A stretch of DNA of 64,000 bases from the NCBI RefSeq assembly GCF_009914755.1, contig NC_060943.1. One strand, given 5' to 3'. Below, one piece after another: positions 1 to 17,182 of this stretch. Position numbers and translations under genes: made by a program. How positions within the stretch are numbered: the stretch's first letter is position 1; every line of letters begins with the position of its first letter. This DNA is from the human T2T-CHM13v2.0 reference genome, Homo sapiens. The notes beneath the pieces are model-generated. The model had not been told where the DNA came from. It made no database searches and saw nothing but the letters and a program-made list of their open reading frames with translations.

Positions 1-308
1 CCAGGAACAAGTGTTTTTGTGTAGTTTGGTGCATATAAGCACACATTTCTCTAGATTTATAAATTATAGGTCAAACAGCAAACACAGGTCACCATGTTTG
101 CTACATAACACTCAACGGTTTTCCCTTGTGTATATAATTACTGACATTCCTACCAGCATTCTATGAGTTTGTTTGCTCTGTAGACCTTCCCATCCTTAGT
201 ATAGTCTAATCCAATTTTGATAATGAAAAAATGAACGGATATTAAAATTACAGATGATCACATTCAGGAAGATGAAAATAAAGGAAGAGGACATAAAAGC
301 AAATTTAA

Positions 309-471
<163 letters not shown>

Positions 472-872
472 TAGCTGGGACTACAGGTGCCTGCCACCAC
501 ACCCGGCTAATTTTTTTGTATTTTTAGTAGAGATGGGGTTTTACTGTGTTCGCCAGGATGGTCTCGATCTCCTGACCTCGTGATCCACCCGCCTCGGCCT
601 CCCAAAGTGCTGGGATTACAGGCATGAGCCACCGTGCCCGGCCGGTATATGCCTTCTTATTACAGTATATAAGGAAAAAGTTAGATTTACTATAGGTTAG
701 CATCTGCAGACAACTCAGACAGAAACAGAGCAGTGAACGTTCCCAGTATTATAAACCCTTCAGATAATCATTGCAATTCAACAAAAGACAGGAAATGAAG
801 TAGAAATATATGGTAGACAAAATAAGACAGGTGGCAAAAATAATACCAAATATATATAGATATGTATTTTGA

Positions 873-1185
<313 letters not shown>

Positions 1186-2905
1186 TGAAATAAAATTGCT
1201 CACTAATATATAGACTCACATTGGATAAATACAAATCCTGCTATATGCTGTTTATAAGAGAATCCTAGAAAATACACAGAAAAGTAAAACAGAAGAAGAA
1301 AAAGCCTGGCAAATTCTTACCCAAAAAAGTATTAATAGTATAAAATATCAGCATTGAAAAACACTCAAGCTAGAAAGCACTAAATGGACTAAGAATTTTT
1401 GAACACCAAGATTCAGTTCCCCAAGATCTAGAACTCATGAGCATATGTGCACCTGGGAATACCACTTTACACATAAGGAGATGATGACAAACGCAATATC
1501 ATTGTATCTGAGCTAATATACCTTTCAGATAATTACAAACCATTAGCAAAGGTTACATACCATCTATGGTCACATGCAAAAGAATAAACTTGGACCCTTA
1601 ATACCATAAACAAAAATTAATGCAAAATGGATTGAAGAAGATCTAAATGGAAGGCCCAAAGTATAAAACTCCTAGGAGAAAATGTAGGGCAGAAGCTTCC
1701 AGACACAGATTTGGTCTGGATTATTTCTTGAATATGACATGACACAGACAAAAGAAAAAAATAGACAAACTGGACTTTATAAAAATTTTAAAATTTTGTG
1801 CATCAAAAGACAGTATCAGCCAGGTGCGGTGGTTCATGCCTGTAATCCCAGCACTTTGGGAGGCCGCAGCAGGTGGATCACTTGAGGCCAGGAGTTTGAG
1901 ACCCATGGCCCACATGGTGAAACCCTGTCCCTACTAAAAATACAAAAATTAGCCAGGCGTGGTGGCAGACACCTGTAATCCCAGCTGCTTGGGAGGCGGA
2001 GGCTGCAGCAAGCTGAGATCACACCGCTACACTCCAGCCTGGGTGACAGAGCGAGACTCTGTCTCAAAAACAAAGACAATATCAAAAGAGTAAAAAGTCA
2101 ACCAACAGAATGGGAGAAAATATTTGCAAAGCATGTATCTCACAGGGATTAAAATCCAGATTACAGGGAATGCCTAAAACTCAATAACAAAACAATCTTA
2201 TAACAATGAGAAAAGGACTAGAATAGACATTTCTCCAAAGATATACAAATGGTCCATAGCCAATAAGCACATAAAAAGAGGCTCAACGTCACTAACCATT
2301 AGGGAAATACAGATCACAACTACAATGAGATAATCCTTCACATCCACTAAGATGGTAACTACAAAAAAAAAAAAAATTCAAAACAAGTGTTGATGAGAAG
2401 GTAGAGAAACTGGAACCCTTGTATCCTAGTGACGTATAAATGTTAAATGGTTCAGCCACTGTGGAAAACTGTATCATATTTCCTGAAAAATATAAGAACA
2501 GAATTACTGTAGGATCCAGCAACCCCAAAGAATTGAAAGCAGACTCTCTCAGAGTTATCCGGACACTCATGTTAATAGGAGCATCAGTGACCCAAGTGTT
2601 CATCAACAGATGAATGGAAAAGTGAAATGCAGTCTATAAATACAGTATTATACAGCCTTAAAAAGGAAGGATGCTGGGCCCGGTGGCTCCTGCCTGTAAC
2701 CCCAGCACTTTGGGAGGCTGAGGCGGTTGGATCACCTGAGGTCAGGAGTTCGAGACCAGCATGGTCAACATGGTGAAACCCCGTCTCTACTAAAAATACA
2801 AAAAAAAAATTAGCCAGGTGTGGTGGCAGGTGCCTGTAATCCCAGCTAACTCAGGAGGCTGAGGCAGGAGAATCGCTTGAACCTGGGAGTCGGAGGTTGT
2901 AGTGA

Positions 2906-3172
<267 letters not shown>

Positions 3173-3829
3173 TAGTAGAGATGGGGTTTCACTGTGTTAG
3201 CCAGGATGGTCTCGATCTCCTGACCTCGTGATCCGCCCGCCTCAGCCTCCCAAAGTGCTGGGATTACAGGCGTGAGCCACAGCGCCCGGCCTAGGAAGGA
3301 GATTCTGACATATGCTGTGACATGAATGAACCTTGAGGACATTATGCCAAGTGATAGAAACCAGTCACAAAATGACAAATACTGTTCCATTAAACGTATA
3401 TGAGGTACTTAAAGTGGTCAGAATCATAGAGACAAAGTAGAATGATGGTTGCCGAGGCTGAAGAAGAAAATGGAGAGCTATTGTTTAATGAGGACAGTTT
3501 CAGTTTTACAAGATAAACAGTTATGGAGATGGATGTGACGATGCTTGTACAACATTATAAGTGTATTTAGTACCACTGAATTATACACTTAAAATGGTTA
3601 AGACGGTAAGTTTTGTATTATGTGTATTTTACCACAATAAATTTCTTGAGACAAGGTCTTGCTCTGTGCCCAGGCTGAGTGCAGTGGCTCAATCACAGCT
3701 CCCTGCAGCCTCGACCGGCCCCCCACCCACACCCACCGGGGCTCAAGGACCTCCTCAGCCTCCCCACCTCCGCCTCCCAAGTAGCTGGGGCTAGAGGCAC
3801 ACACCACCAGGCCCAGCTAATTTTTTTAG

Positions 3830-4012
<183 letters not shown>

Positions 4013-4711
4013 TAATGCACTAGTTTGTGACATATGTATGTGAAATATATGTATACATTTTTTAAAGGGAAAGTGGTTTGATTCCAAATCAAATATGTAC
4101 ATTTCATTCAAACGCATATGGGACATTTACTAAACATGACCTTATCTTGGGCATAAAGAAAAACTAAAAGAGAAACAGGTATTCTAAATCAGAGATCACT
4201 GGTCTCATTCAACAATCACAATAAAATTAGAAAATAAAGGCAAAAGCATGGAAATCCATTGTTAAATTTATTTATTTATTTATTTATTTTGTTTTTTGAG
4301 ACAGAGTCTCGCTCTGTCGCCCAGGCTGGAGTGCAGTGGCACGACCTCAGCTCATTGCAACCTCCGCCTCCCAGGTTCAAGCAATTCTCTGCCTCAGCCT
4401 CCTGAGTAGCTGGGATTACAGGCACCTGCCACCACGCCTGGCTAATTTTTTTGTATTTTTAGTAGAGACGGGGTTTCACCATCTTGGCCAGGATGGTCTG
4501 GAACTCCTGACCTTGTGATCTACCCGCCTTGGCCTCCCAAAGTGCTGTGATTATAGGCATGAGCCACGGCGCCCGGCCTCCATAGTTAAATTTTAAGTGT
4601 ACATTTTAATGTAACAGGCAAGTAAGAAGCTAATTTAACTTACTGAGAAAGGAACAGACAAACTTCATGAAATAAACTTCAATGGCTGTTAAAAATAGGA
4701 AAAATTTTCTA

Positions 4712-5057
<346 letters not shown>

Positions 5058-6359
5058 TCATCATAATATATGGGGAAATGGATGTTAAACAATGGTGGAA
5101 TACAAATGCATGTAATTTTGGAGGAAAATGTGGCAACCTCTATTAAAATGGAAAATGAAGATTTTCTTCAACCCCACGATTTTACTCTCTGGTTATCCAT
5201 TCCAAAGTAGCATTTGCAAATGTGCCTAGAGTTTTGTGTGCACAAATGGTCGCTGCAGGGTTTTAAATAATTGTTGAAAGCAAAAACCTAAATATTCATA
5301 AATAAGAAAACAGTTAAATAATGGTATACTATTATAGTACAATTGGACCATTGTATGGAGTCAGACGGAGACTAGAGGGGCTGGAGAAGATACGGGGAGT
5401 GGTTTGATGGACATTGCATAGAGTTTCAGTTTGGTATGAACAGGTTCTAGGGATGGTGGTGATGACCGCACAGCAATGTGAATGCACTTAATGCCACTGA
5501 ATTGTACTCTTAAAAGTAGTTAAGATGGTAAATTTTATGTATATTTCACCAAAAGTTTAAAACAAACAAACAAACAAAAAAACAAACCCCACATCCCCTC
5601 AATCTCTTCTCCGAACATTCCTTTCTCCTCCCTGCTCTAGGGGACACCTCCCTCTACAGATACTGAGTCTCCCGCGGCTCTCTCATGCCAACGGTTTCAT
5701 CAGCCCCATTCTTCATGCTGTGGAGTCCAGATAAGGTATAGATACCCTCGCTGGTGCTCCCTAACACCTCACAGACTTTCGGCCAACACTAGGCTCCACC
5801 ACCCATTACCATTTTGTGTTGTTGCCATCCAAGGTCTCTGGCACAATCTCCTCATTCCTCCCAGATTCTACCCCCTGGCTCACCCCTACTCTCAAGCTAT
5901 TCTTGTGGGCATGCAAAGCAACCATTACTGACAACGTGATGAATATGTCATTTAGCATAAGGTTAGGACATTTTAGAACTGGCTGATAAAAGATTACTTC
6001 AAAACCAACCAGCCAAGTCACCAGATCAACAGGTCTCAAACTTCCTTCTCTCCACTTCACTCTTTCTCACTGCCAGAGATTTGGTGTTTTATTATTTGTC
6101 TCCCCAGGTTACATGAATCCCCCAATCAGAACCAACAGACCAAGTCTGGAAAATGGACCTTCAGTTTTCGATATTTTCATCATTTCTCCTCAGCTCTCCA
6201 AGACCTCCAATTTTCTGTATCTCTAATTCAATTTCAGAAAAAAAAAAATAAGGAGACAATGCCTTCTGGAAGAGTCCCTTTCTCTCACCCAATTTAGAGT
6301 CCGGAAACACAAAAGTTAACAAGTGAAAGTGCCGGGTACACAATCTCTCTGCAAATTTA

Positions 6360-6722
<363 letters not shown>

Positions 6723-8070
6723 TCAAGACTTGATCATTTCTGGTGCCCTCTTACCTGTTCCTTATGCACTCCAGACCTTCAGGAAGCACTGAGACTTTAG
6801 GGAAATGAAGAAGAAAGAAAGGTCAGGGGGAAGACTTACCCAACCCAGCCCCTGGTCCTCCTGGCTGGAACTCAACAAAGAACAGCTGTGGAAACTTAGA
6901 ATAAAAGGCCCTGGCTGCTCTGTGACTGGCCACAGAATCTCTCCTTTTCATTGGCTGTCATGGATATTGATGACTAGACCCAGACGGCAATTGTTTAGGT
7001 TCTTTTTTAACTCCTCAGGTGTGAATGCTTTTCCCCCAGCTGGATAGTCCGTGCTGCTGTTAATATCATCTCCCTACGTAATATAATATGATCACAGGGC
7101 TTCTGCGAACTATCTTCTCCCGACCAATGAGAGCTGGTTTGGAGACTAGTAATGGGAACCACTGTTCTCATAATCTGAGTATCTGACTCCTCCTATGAAC
7201 TTCCTAAGGAAATCTATTTTGTGCATGTCTCAACTTCCGCTTTAAAAGTTGAGCACTTAAAAAGGAGCATTTGCATGTAAGGAAATCAATGAATATGCTC
7301 GAGTAACTGGCTTTGGATGTAAAGGGCAGAAGTCAGAATCTGCAGTTGTCTCCCAAACACCCTGTTACCCTCATCATTGACTCCTGTGCGAATGCTGCCC
7401 CCTCTTCACGCTCATCCCCATTATCCCTCCCGCAGCTGCCATTCTTGTCCCCACCCTCTTTAACATTAATTGAATGCTAATGGTGTAAAAGCCCTACAGC
7501 TGAGTGCATTTCATGCAAGATCCTTCTCTTCACAGTCCTCGGAAGTAGATAGCATTATTATTCCCATTGTCAAAGATACTTGAGGCCATCAGGGTGGAGG
7601 CTAGAGTTGAGAACATTCCTACTTGGTCAGCCCAAATTTTAACCGCTGCATTGTCCTGCCTCCCAGCCATCATTGATCCCAGTGAGGCTTAGGAATGTCT
7701 GTGTTGGATCTGTGGGGAGATGTGGCTCAGTTCTGCCTAATGAGACTGAGCTAAGAGACTCAAAGAATCTTTCCTCTCCAGGATCTTGGCCTTTCTTTAA
7801 CCAGCTACTCACCATCAAAATTCTGACCTGACCTCTTTACCCTGACTGCTTAAACCATCCTTAGCTGGGCCGGGGTGCATCCATTAGAGGGCTGTGTCTT
7901 GATCTCCCTTTCTTCAGTTTTTCTGATAGCCACCACAGGATCTGGCATAGAAGGTTAGAAGTGGTTAAGCACTTGAGCTGGAACAGCAACCTCTATTCTA
8001 GACTGTTGGTGTGGCTATGGGCAAGTATTTATTAACTTCACTTGTTTTTCCTCCTCTGTGAAATGAAGAG

Positions 8071-8340
8071 GATGATGATCGTGATGATATTGATGATGAT
8101 GGTGATGATGGTGATGATGATGATGACGGTGATGGTGAAGATGAAGATTATTATGGTGGTGATGATGGTGATGGTGAAGATGAAGATGATGGTGATGATG
8201 ATGACGGTGATGGTGAAGATGAAGATTGTGATGATGGTGGTGATGATGATAGTGATGGTGATGATGATGATGGTGATGGTGAAGATGAAGATAATGATGA
8301 TGGTGATGATGGTGATGATGGTGATGATGGTGATGATGGG
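8071..8340. repeat. Compound (GAT/GGT/GAA)n trinucleotide repeat
   Basis: About 270 bp of GATGATGGT-type units with a recurring higher-order unit GGTGATGGTGAAGATGAAGAT. Confidence 0.95.
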
Positions 8341-8977
8341 GGGCGGAAAGGGTGGCTGGGCTGTCACTTGGTTTCTCTTTTGTGAATTGCCTGTTCTTTT
8401 CCTTAAAGATTTACCTGACTTTATGTATTTTTTTGTGTATATTTATGCAAAATACAATTTGCTGGTTAATATAGAATCATAAATCTTTCTAAAATTTGGG
8501 ATTTTCTATTTATTGTCTATGGTATTTTAGGGGTAGAGTTGTTTTAAAATGTATTAATGTCTATTTTTATTAATCTTATCATTTGTGGGTGATATAAATA
8601 CTTCCTGTCCTGAAAGTCAACTATTTCCCTATATTTTCTTTCACACATTAATATCTCTTTTTACATTTTCAATTCACTTATACATAATAAATCTTCATAA
8701 TGTGATGTAGTGGTTCAGTTTTATCTATTGATACCAATTACTTCAACACATATATTGCATAGCCTATCTTCCCATACCAATTTTCTGGCGCCATCCACTT
8801 GTTGTGAAACACCCACCTGTTGCCTTGATCTCTTTCTGTAACTTTTGTTGTACTATATTTGTCTATTTTCTGTTACTGCTACAATATCATACCACTTTAC
8901 AGATATTGAGTATTGGCCGGGCACAGTAGCTCATGCCTGTAATCCCAGCACTTTGGGAGGCTGAGGCGGGCAGATCA

Positions 8978-9233
<256 letters not shown>

Positions 9234-10629
9234 TTATAGTAATGTATTTCCATATGCATTTTTATAGTTTTATCCTGCATACTATTTTAATAATATTAAA
9301 GTTATTGCACAGTGCCTTTTAGAGTGTTGAGTATCGGGACACACATTCTCACGTTGTGTCACTGATTCTTGCTCATGGGAAATTGTTTCCAAGTGTGTCT
9401 TGTAGTTATTTTGAAGCAATGAATAAGGAATATTTTCACTGTGGTGTGACCATATGGCTTCACTTGCAAAAGGTAACCAAAAGTGTTCAATTCTGCTTCT
9501 GGTAGGTTCATCCAAGTAGGCCTTGTCTCTCATAAGTGTGAGGGTTAGTGTGTTGGTTTCGTATTTTTTCTTTCACTATCCTTCCATGAAATTTCTGGGA
9601 CTGCCTTTGGCTTTCAATTCCTAATATTTTAAAATTGCCGAGAAACAATTGTCCTTTGGGGGAAGTGATTGGCTTACTTTCTCTCCTGGCATAGAGGTAA
9701 GGATTCTGTTGCTGAATCGCTAGAGTTTCAGCACTTCAAGAATCTCCTGTGAGTGAAGAGTTCAGTTTCTGCATCTCACTTCGCCAGTGTCAACGCTTAC
9801 ACCCGTCCCTGCCTGAGTGTTGAGTCTCTGGGCCTCAAAGGAATCCAACTCATTTCTAACTCTGACCCTCCAACCATGCCCAAAGCTCGTAGTAGCATGG
9901 ACTTGAGAGGGAACACTCGGAATTCCATTTCACTTTCGTTTACACGTCCTGGAGGTTTCTTTAGTTTTGTTGAAAGTTCACCTTTCATTATTATATTGAT
10001 GAAATTAGAGTTAATTGTGTTAGACATAATTATGCCAATTATAATGATGGTGAAATTTTTCTTTTAATTTCAGGAAATTCTGCAGGCAGTTATCTCTTTC
10101 TCTTTTGGATATATATTAGTTCTTTAATGAATTGCACTATGCCTTATTTCGTTCTGGCTGAAACTGAATTTCCCATCCTGGCTGAATATTATATTAGTTA
10201 GACCATGCCTATTAAGAAGTCCATTGGTGTCCGGGCACCGTGGCTCACACTTGTAATCCCAGCAGTTTGAGAGGCCGAGGTGGGTGAATCACCTGAGATC
10301 AGGAGTTGGAGACCATCCTGGCCAGCATGGTGAAACCCCATCTCTACTAAAAATACAAAAATTAGCTGGGCGTGTTGGTGGGTGCCCGTAATCCCAGCTG
10401 AGGCACGAGAATTGCTTGAACCCAGAAGGCAGAGGTGCCAGTGAGCCGAGATTGTGCCACTGCACTCCAGCCTGGGTGACAGAGTGAGACTCTGTCTTAA
10501 AAAAAAAAAAAAGTCTGTTGGCAAAATGTTAGAAGTTGCATCTTATCCACATGTAACAAATATGTAGTTAGAGACCCTTTTGATAAAGCCTATTCACAAG
10601 TATTCCCTAAAAGCTCACTCAGAAGATAA

Positions 10630-10896
<267 letters not shown>

Positions 10897-11713
10897 TGAT
10901 CTCCTGACCTCGTGATCCACCCGTCTTGGCCTCCCAAAGTGCTGGGATTACAGGCATGAGTCGCCACCCCCGGCCTATTTTCAGAAGTTTTTTAAACAAA
11001 CTGGAAATTCTCTTGAAATGACTTGGAAACTAAACAAGAACCTTTTTGAACATTTTATTTGCCAAAAAGTAGTAACCAAAATAAATGATATTTTAATTTC
11101 TTTTTTATTAAAAGATTTTCCGCTAGCTTTATTAAAATATAATTGACGGGTAAAAATTGTACATATTCAATGTGTTTGAAACGATAATTCGATTATACAT
11201 AGGCATTGTGAAAAGATTACCACAACCACATTAACACGTCATCACAATTACTTAACTTTTTGTGCTTGCGTGGGATAAGAACACTTAAAATCTACTTTCT
11301 TCACAAATTGTAAGTAAACTGTACAGTATTATTAAATATGGTCATCTCCTTGTACATCAGGGCTTCAGAATTTATTCATCTTATTATTGAGAGTTTGTAC
11401 CCATTGACCAGCATCTTTTCATTTCCTCTTCTCCCAGCCCGCCACCTCTGTACTCTCTGCTTCTATGAGTTTAGCTTTTTAAAAAAATATTCCATATACA
11501 AGTGAGATCACACAATATTTGCCTTTTTGTATGTGGCTTATTTCACTGAGCACCACGTCCTCCAGACTCATCCATGTTGTCACAAATAGCAGAATTTTCT
11601 TGTTTCTTATGGTTGAGTAATATTCAAATGACAGTTTTATAACTTCATCATTTCTTCTACATTTATTAGCTGACGTTTTAATAGAGGGATGAATTTTACT
11701 CACTTGTTCGTTT

Positions 11714-12289
11714 ATTTTTTTCTGTCTGATTTTTAAAAATTTTCCTTTAAGTTATTGGGGTACACAGGTGATATTAGGTCACATGAGTAAGTTCTTTGGT
11801 GGTGATTGGTGAGATTTTGGTGCACCCATCACTCGAGCAGTATACACGGCACCGTATTTGTTGTATTTTGTCCCTCGCCCCCCTCCCTCTCTTCCCCCCA
11901 AGTCCCCAAAGTCCATTTTATCATTCTTATGCCTTTGCATCCTCATAGCTTAGCTCCCACATATCAGTGAGAACATACGATGTTTGGTTTTCCATTCCTG
12001 AGTTACTTCACTTAGAATAATAATCTCGAATCTCATCCAGGTTGCTGCAAATGCTGTTAATTCATTCCTTTTTGTGGATGAGTAGTATTCCACCATATAA
12101 ATAAAAGTAGAACTACCATTTGATCCCGCAACCCCACTCCTAGGTATCTACCCAGAGGAAAAGAAGTCATTATATGAAAAAGACACTTGTACACACCTGT
12201 TTATAGCTGCACCATTCGCCCCTGCAAAATTGTGGAACCAACCCAGATGCCCAGCAATCACGGAATGGATGAAGAAACTGTGGTATATT
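11714..12289. mobile_element. 5'-inverted (twin-primed) L1P insertion
   Basis: Antisense L1 3' end to about 12098, then sense L1 sequence; flanked by TCACTTGTTC(G/A)TTT direct repeats at 11700 and 12290. Confidence 0.65.
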
Positions 12290-12365
12290 TCACTTGTTCA
12301 TTTCACCAGTATTGATTCATTGATTCTCATTTCATTCTCAAGGTTATGTTATTGTAAATATTTAG

Positions 12366-12716
<351 letters not shown>

Positions 12717-13277
12717 TGATCCGCCCGCCTCGGCCTCCCAAAGTGCTGGGATTACAGGTGTGAGCCATCACTGATCCTTTTCTTATTTTCTGGGACTACA
12801 AGATAGTCCAGGTTCCTCTAGTATTTCCCTTGCCCCAGCCCTGATTTAGCTATTTCTTCAAGGGGTCTTGATTTCTCTTAGTGTAGAATAATATTTAAAA
12901 TTCAAGATCTAGGTACCAGTTCACTGACTTTTGATAAAAATATATGCCCACATACTACCAACCCAGTCAAGATATGAGATGTGTCCACATTCCTAGAAAG
13001 TGCGCATTCTTCAACAGTCAATGTCCCTTTCTAATATATGAAAACATGTTTGGTGCCAAAGCTTAAAACTAATAGTCCATAAAACTGTGATTCATCAGTT
13101 TATTTTAAAAGCTATTTCTACTGCAGGTTAATAAGAAATACATTACAGAAATGCATTGTTGCTTATGATCCTAACACTGTACGTGCCATTTTGTTCTATT
13201 TTTAACTTTAACTTTACAAAATTCTGAAATCTACATACTGTGTTTGTTAAGGACTGGAACGATAGACATAAAATTCA

Positions 13278-14330
<1,053 letters not shown>

Positions 14331-14332
14331 TA

Positions 14333-14548
<216 letters not shown>

Positions 14549-14684
14549 CTATCTAAAAAAAAAAAAAAATTGACAGAAGGAAGGAATTCATAATAAATGT
14601 GGGTTTCCACGTTAAGCAAAAACATTTGTGGTAACCTCTCTATATACCATTAGTAAAACTCTTATTTCTGCCTAAATTAAAATA

Positions 14685-16019
14685 TGATTGGATTAAGAAG
14701 GTGTGGCCTGATGTGATTAAGGTGGGAAGAGGTACCCTCTTCAATAAAAGCCTCTTGCCCATGGATGTCACTCCAAAACCAAATTATTTCAGAAGGTTCG
14801 AAGCCAAAAAAAAAAAAAAAGCCAAAAAAAAAAAAAGCCACAATGGAAGAAAGGTAAATCCAATTTTATATAATTTACATTTCTACAAAGGGCAGAGAGA
14901 GCAAAGTCCAGGGAACTGGGTAATTTATTAATTCAGCAAGTGTTGTGTGAAGCCGTGAAGCCAACTCCATGCCAGGTACAGTGTGTGCACTGAGCCCTCT
15001 GCCCTGGCAGGTATTGGCAGGACTTCAATTTCAAAACCCAGGCTGGTGTACTGACAAGGGCCTTCATTTTCTTTAATCAAATCATAGCTTCAAAGACTCT
15101 GCAGGACGCTGGTGAGTTGAGTCTCAGCCATTAACTTACTCAATTTCTCAGGTCCCGTTAGTTTTTCCCACAGTCATATTAGACCTGCTGGGGGGGAGTC
15201 GGAGGGTCTTTCAGTCTAGACCAGAGCTGTTCATAAGAAATATACTGTGACCCATATATGTAATGATAAATTTTCTAGATACACTAAAGAAAATGGAAGG
15301 CAACATGTTGAATTAATTTTAACATCCGAAAGATTTGTCATTTTAAAATGTAACCAATATTAAACAGCTATGAATGACGACCTTTTTCATCCAACATCAT
15401 CACGATCTAGTGTGTGTTTTACACTCACAGTATGTCTCCATTCAGATAAACTCCATCTCAGCGGGTTGCTAGCCACATGCTGTTGGTGGCCACCATATTG
15501 GACAGCCCGGGTCTAGACCCTTTTTACCACTTCAACTCTATGTCGAATAATGAACGATATTCTTCATTCCAGCTAGCATGTGAAATTCAGAAGTCAGCAG
15601 CCATGACTCTTCACGTCTGTACCCGTATTGCCTGGTACAAGGGATATCACATAGTAGGTACACAATCCCTAAAGTGAAAGAACCCCAGTTCATTCGTCTC
15701 GTGGAATCTCCACGAAGAGGCACATTTTCCCCCCAGGCAGCAGCCACGGCTGAACATTCGTGAGAAGCAAGATGTCTTAACTGTCTGGCCTGTCTCGAGA
15801 AACTTGTATTCTTGAGATGTAGATCCATCAGCTGCATCAATTCACTGAAGAGGAAGCCCCAAAGTGGAGGGTGTATGGTGCCCTTTCTGTACCGTGGTCA
15901 CTCAGAAGAATGAGATCAAGATCAACTGTCAACCGGGGAAGCCAGCTTCCGAGATCAAAGAACTAGAGCCACACCTGAGATCTGTTCTACAGCTGAACCA
16001 AGGATGCTGAAGTTCCAAG
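14685..16019 (+). pseudogene. Fourth, decayed RFPL4-like relic (promoter, exon 1, intron 1, exon 2; exon 3 absent)
   Basis: Promoter homology (TGATTGGATTA 14685-14695 ... AAGGTGGG ... ACCCTCT-CAATAAAAG) and donor AAG|GTAAAT after 14853. MER3-like element before exon 2. Exon 15737-16019 reads (ACG)AEHS*EARCLNC...WCPFCTVVTQKNEIK...EIKELEPHLRSVLQLN/RMLKFQ|GT. Confidence 0.88.
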
Positions 16020-17182
16020 GTAAAGTATCTGCCCCACCTAGACCCTCCCCACAAAGGGCCTAGGGAAAAACAACTGGGCAAAAGCCTCTTCACCTAATAT
16101 TAGAAGGATTCTGGCTCCTAACATTGTATGCACCTTTGAGCATCAGTGGTTCTTGCCTCTGAGTATAGAACCACCTGGAGATTTTTAAGGAAATGGAATA
16201 TTCAGCTCATGCCCTAGCCCTGTGCTGTCCAACAGGGTAGGGACTAGTGGCTCTGGACCACGAGAAACGCAGCTGGTACCTAGTGGAAAGGATGCTATTC
16301 TGTACATATCGGGTTCAATGAAATATATTACTGAAGTTAATCTCACCAGGTCTTTTTTATGTTTTTGAATGCAGCTACTAGTACATTTACGAGACATGCG
16401 GGTCATGTTATATTTCTTCAGGCAGCACTGGCCTACAACTTGAATATTTGTTAAATTGTCTGAGGATCTTATTAAAATGTGCATTCTGGTACTACACCTC
16501 TGGGATCTCCTGAGACTCAGGATTTCTGACAAGAGCCCAGAAATTTCTGACAAGAGCAGCTGATGCTGCTGGTTCCTGAACCATATGTTGTTTTGGGTTT
16601 TTTTTTCCCTCCTTTACTAAGTTCTTTTTTTTCTTTTCCTTCCAACTTGTATTTTAGGTTCATGGGGGTACATGTGCAGCTTTGTGACATGATAAACTGC
16701 ATGCCTCAGGGGTTTGGTGTACAGACAGTTTCATCACCCAGGTAATGAGCACAGTACGTGAGAGGGAGTTTTTTGATTCTCGCCCTCCTCCCACCCTCTA
16801 CCCTCGAGTTGCCCCCAGTGTCTTTGTTCCCTTCTTTATGTCCATGTGACCTCAATGCTTAGCTCTCACTTCTAAGCGAGAACACGTGATATTTGCTTTC
16901 CTGTTCCCGTGTTATTTCACTTAGGACAGTGGCCTCCACCTGGATCCATGTTACTGGAGAAGACATGATTTCATTCTTTGACTGTGTAGTATTGCATGGT
17001 GTATATGGGCCACATTTTCTTTATCCAGTCCACCACTCCTGGCCATCTAGGTTGATTCCATGTCTTTCCTAGCGTGGATGGTGTTGTGACAAACATGTAC
17101 GTGCATGTGTCTTTATAATAGAAAAATAACAATAATCAAAATTTATACATTACATTGGTACAGATTGTTTGATTCTAATTAG

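Noticed and set aside
6161-6343. Minus-strand ORF FFFSEIELEIQKIGGLGELRR, faintly like an NLRP pyrin N-terminus
   Set aside because: Similarity is limited to a few residues and driven by a poly-T run; no pyrin core motif follows.
8038-8482. Long Met/Val-rich and Ile/Thr-rich ORFs
   Set aside because: By-products of a stop-free trinucleotide repeat.
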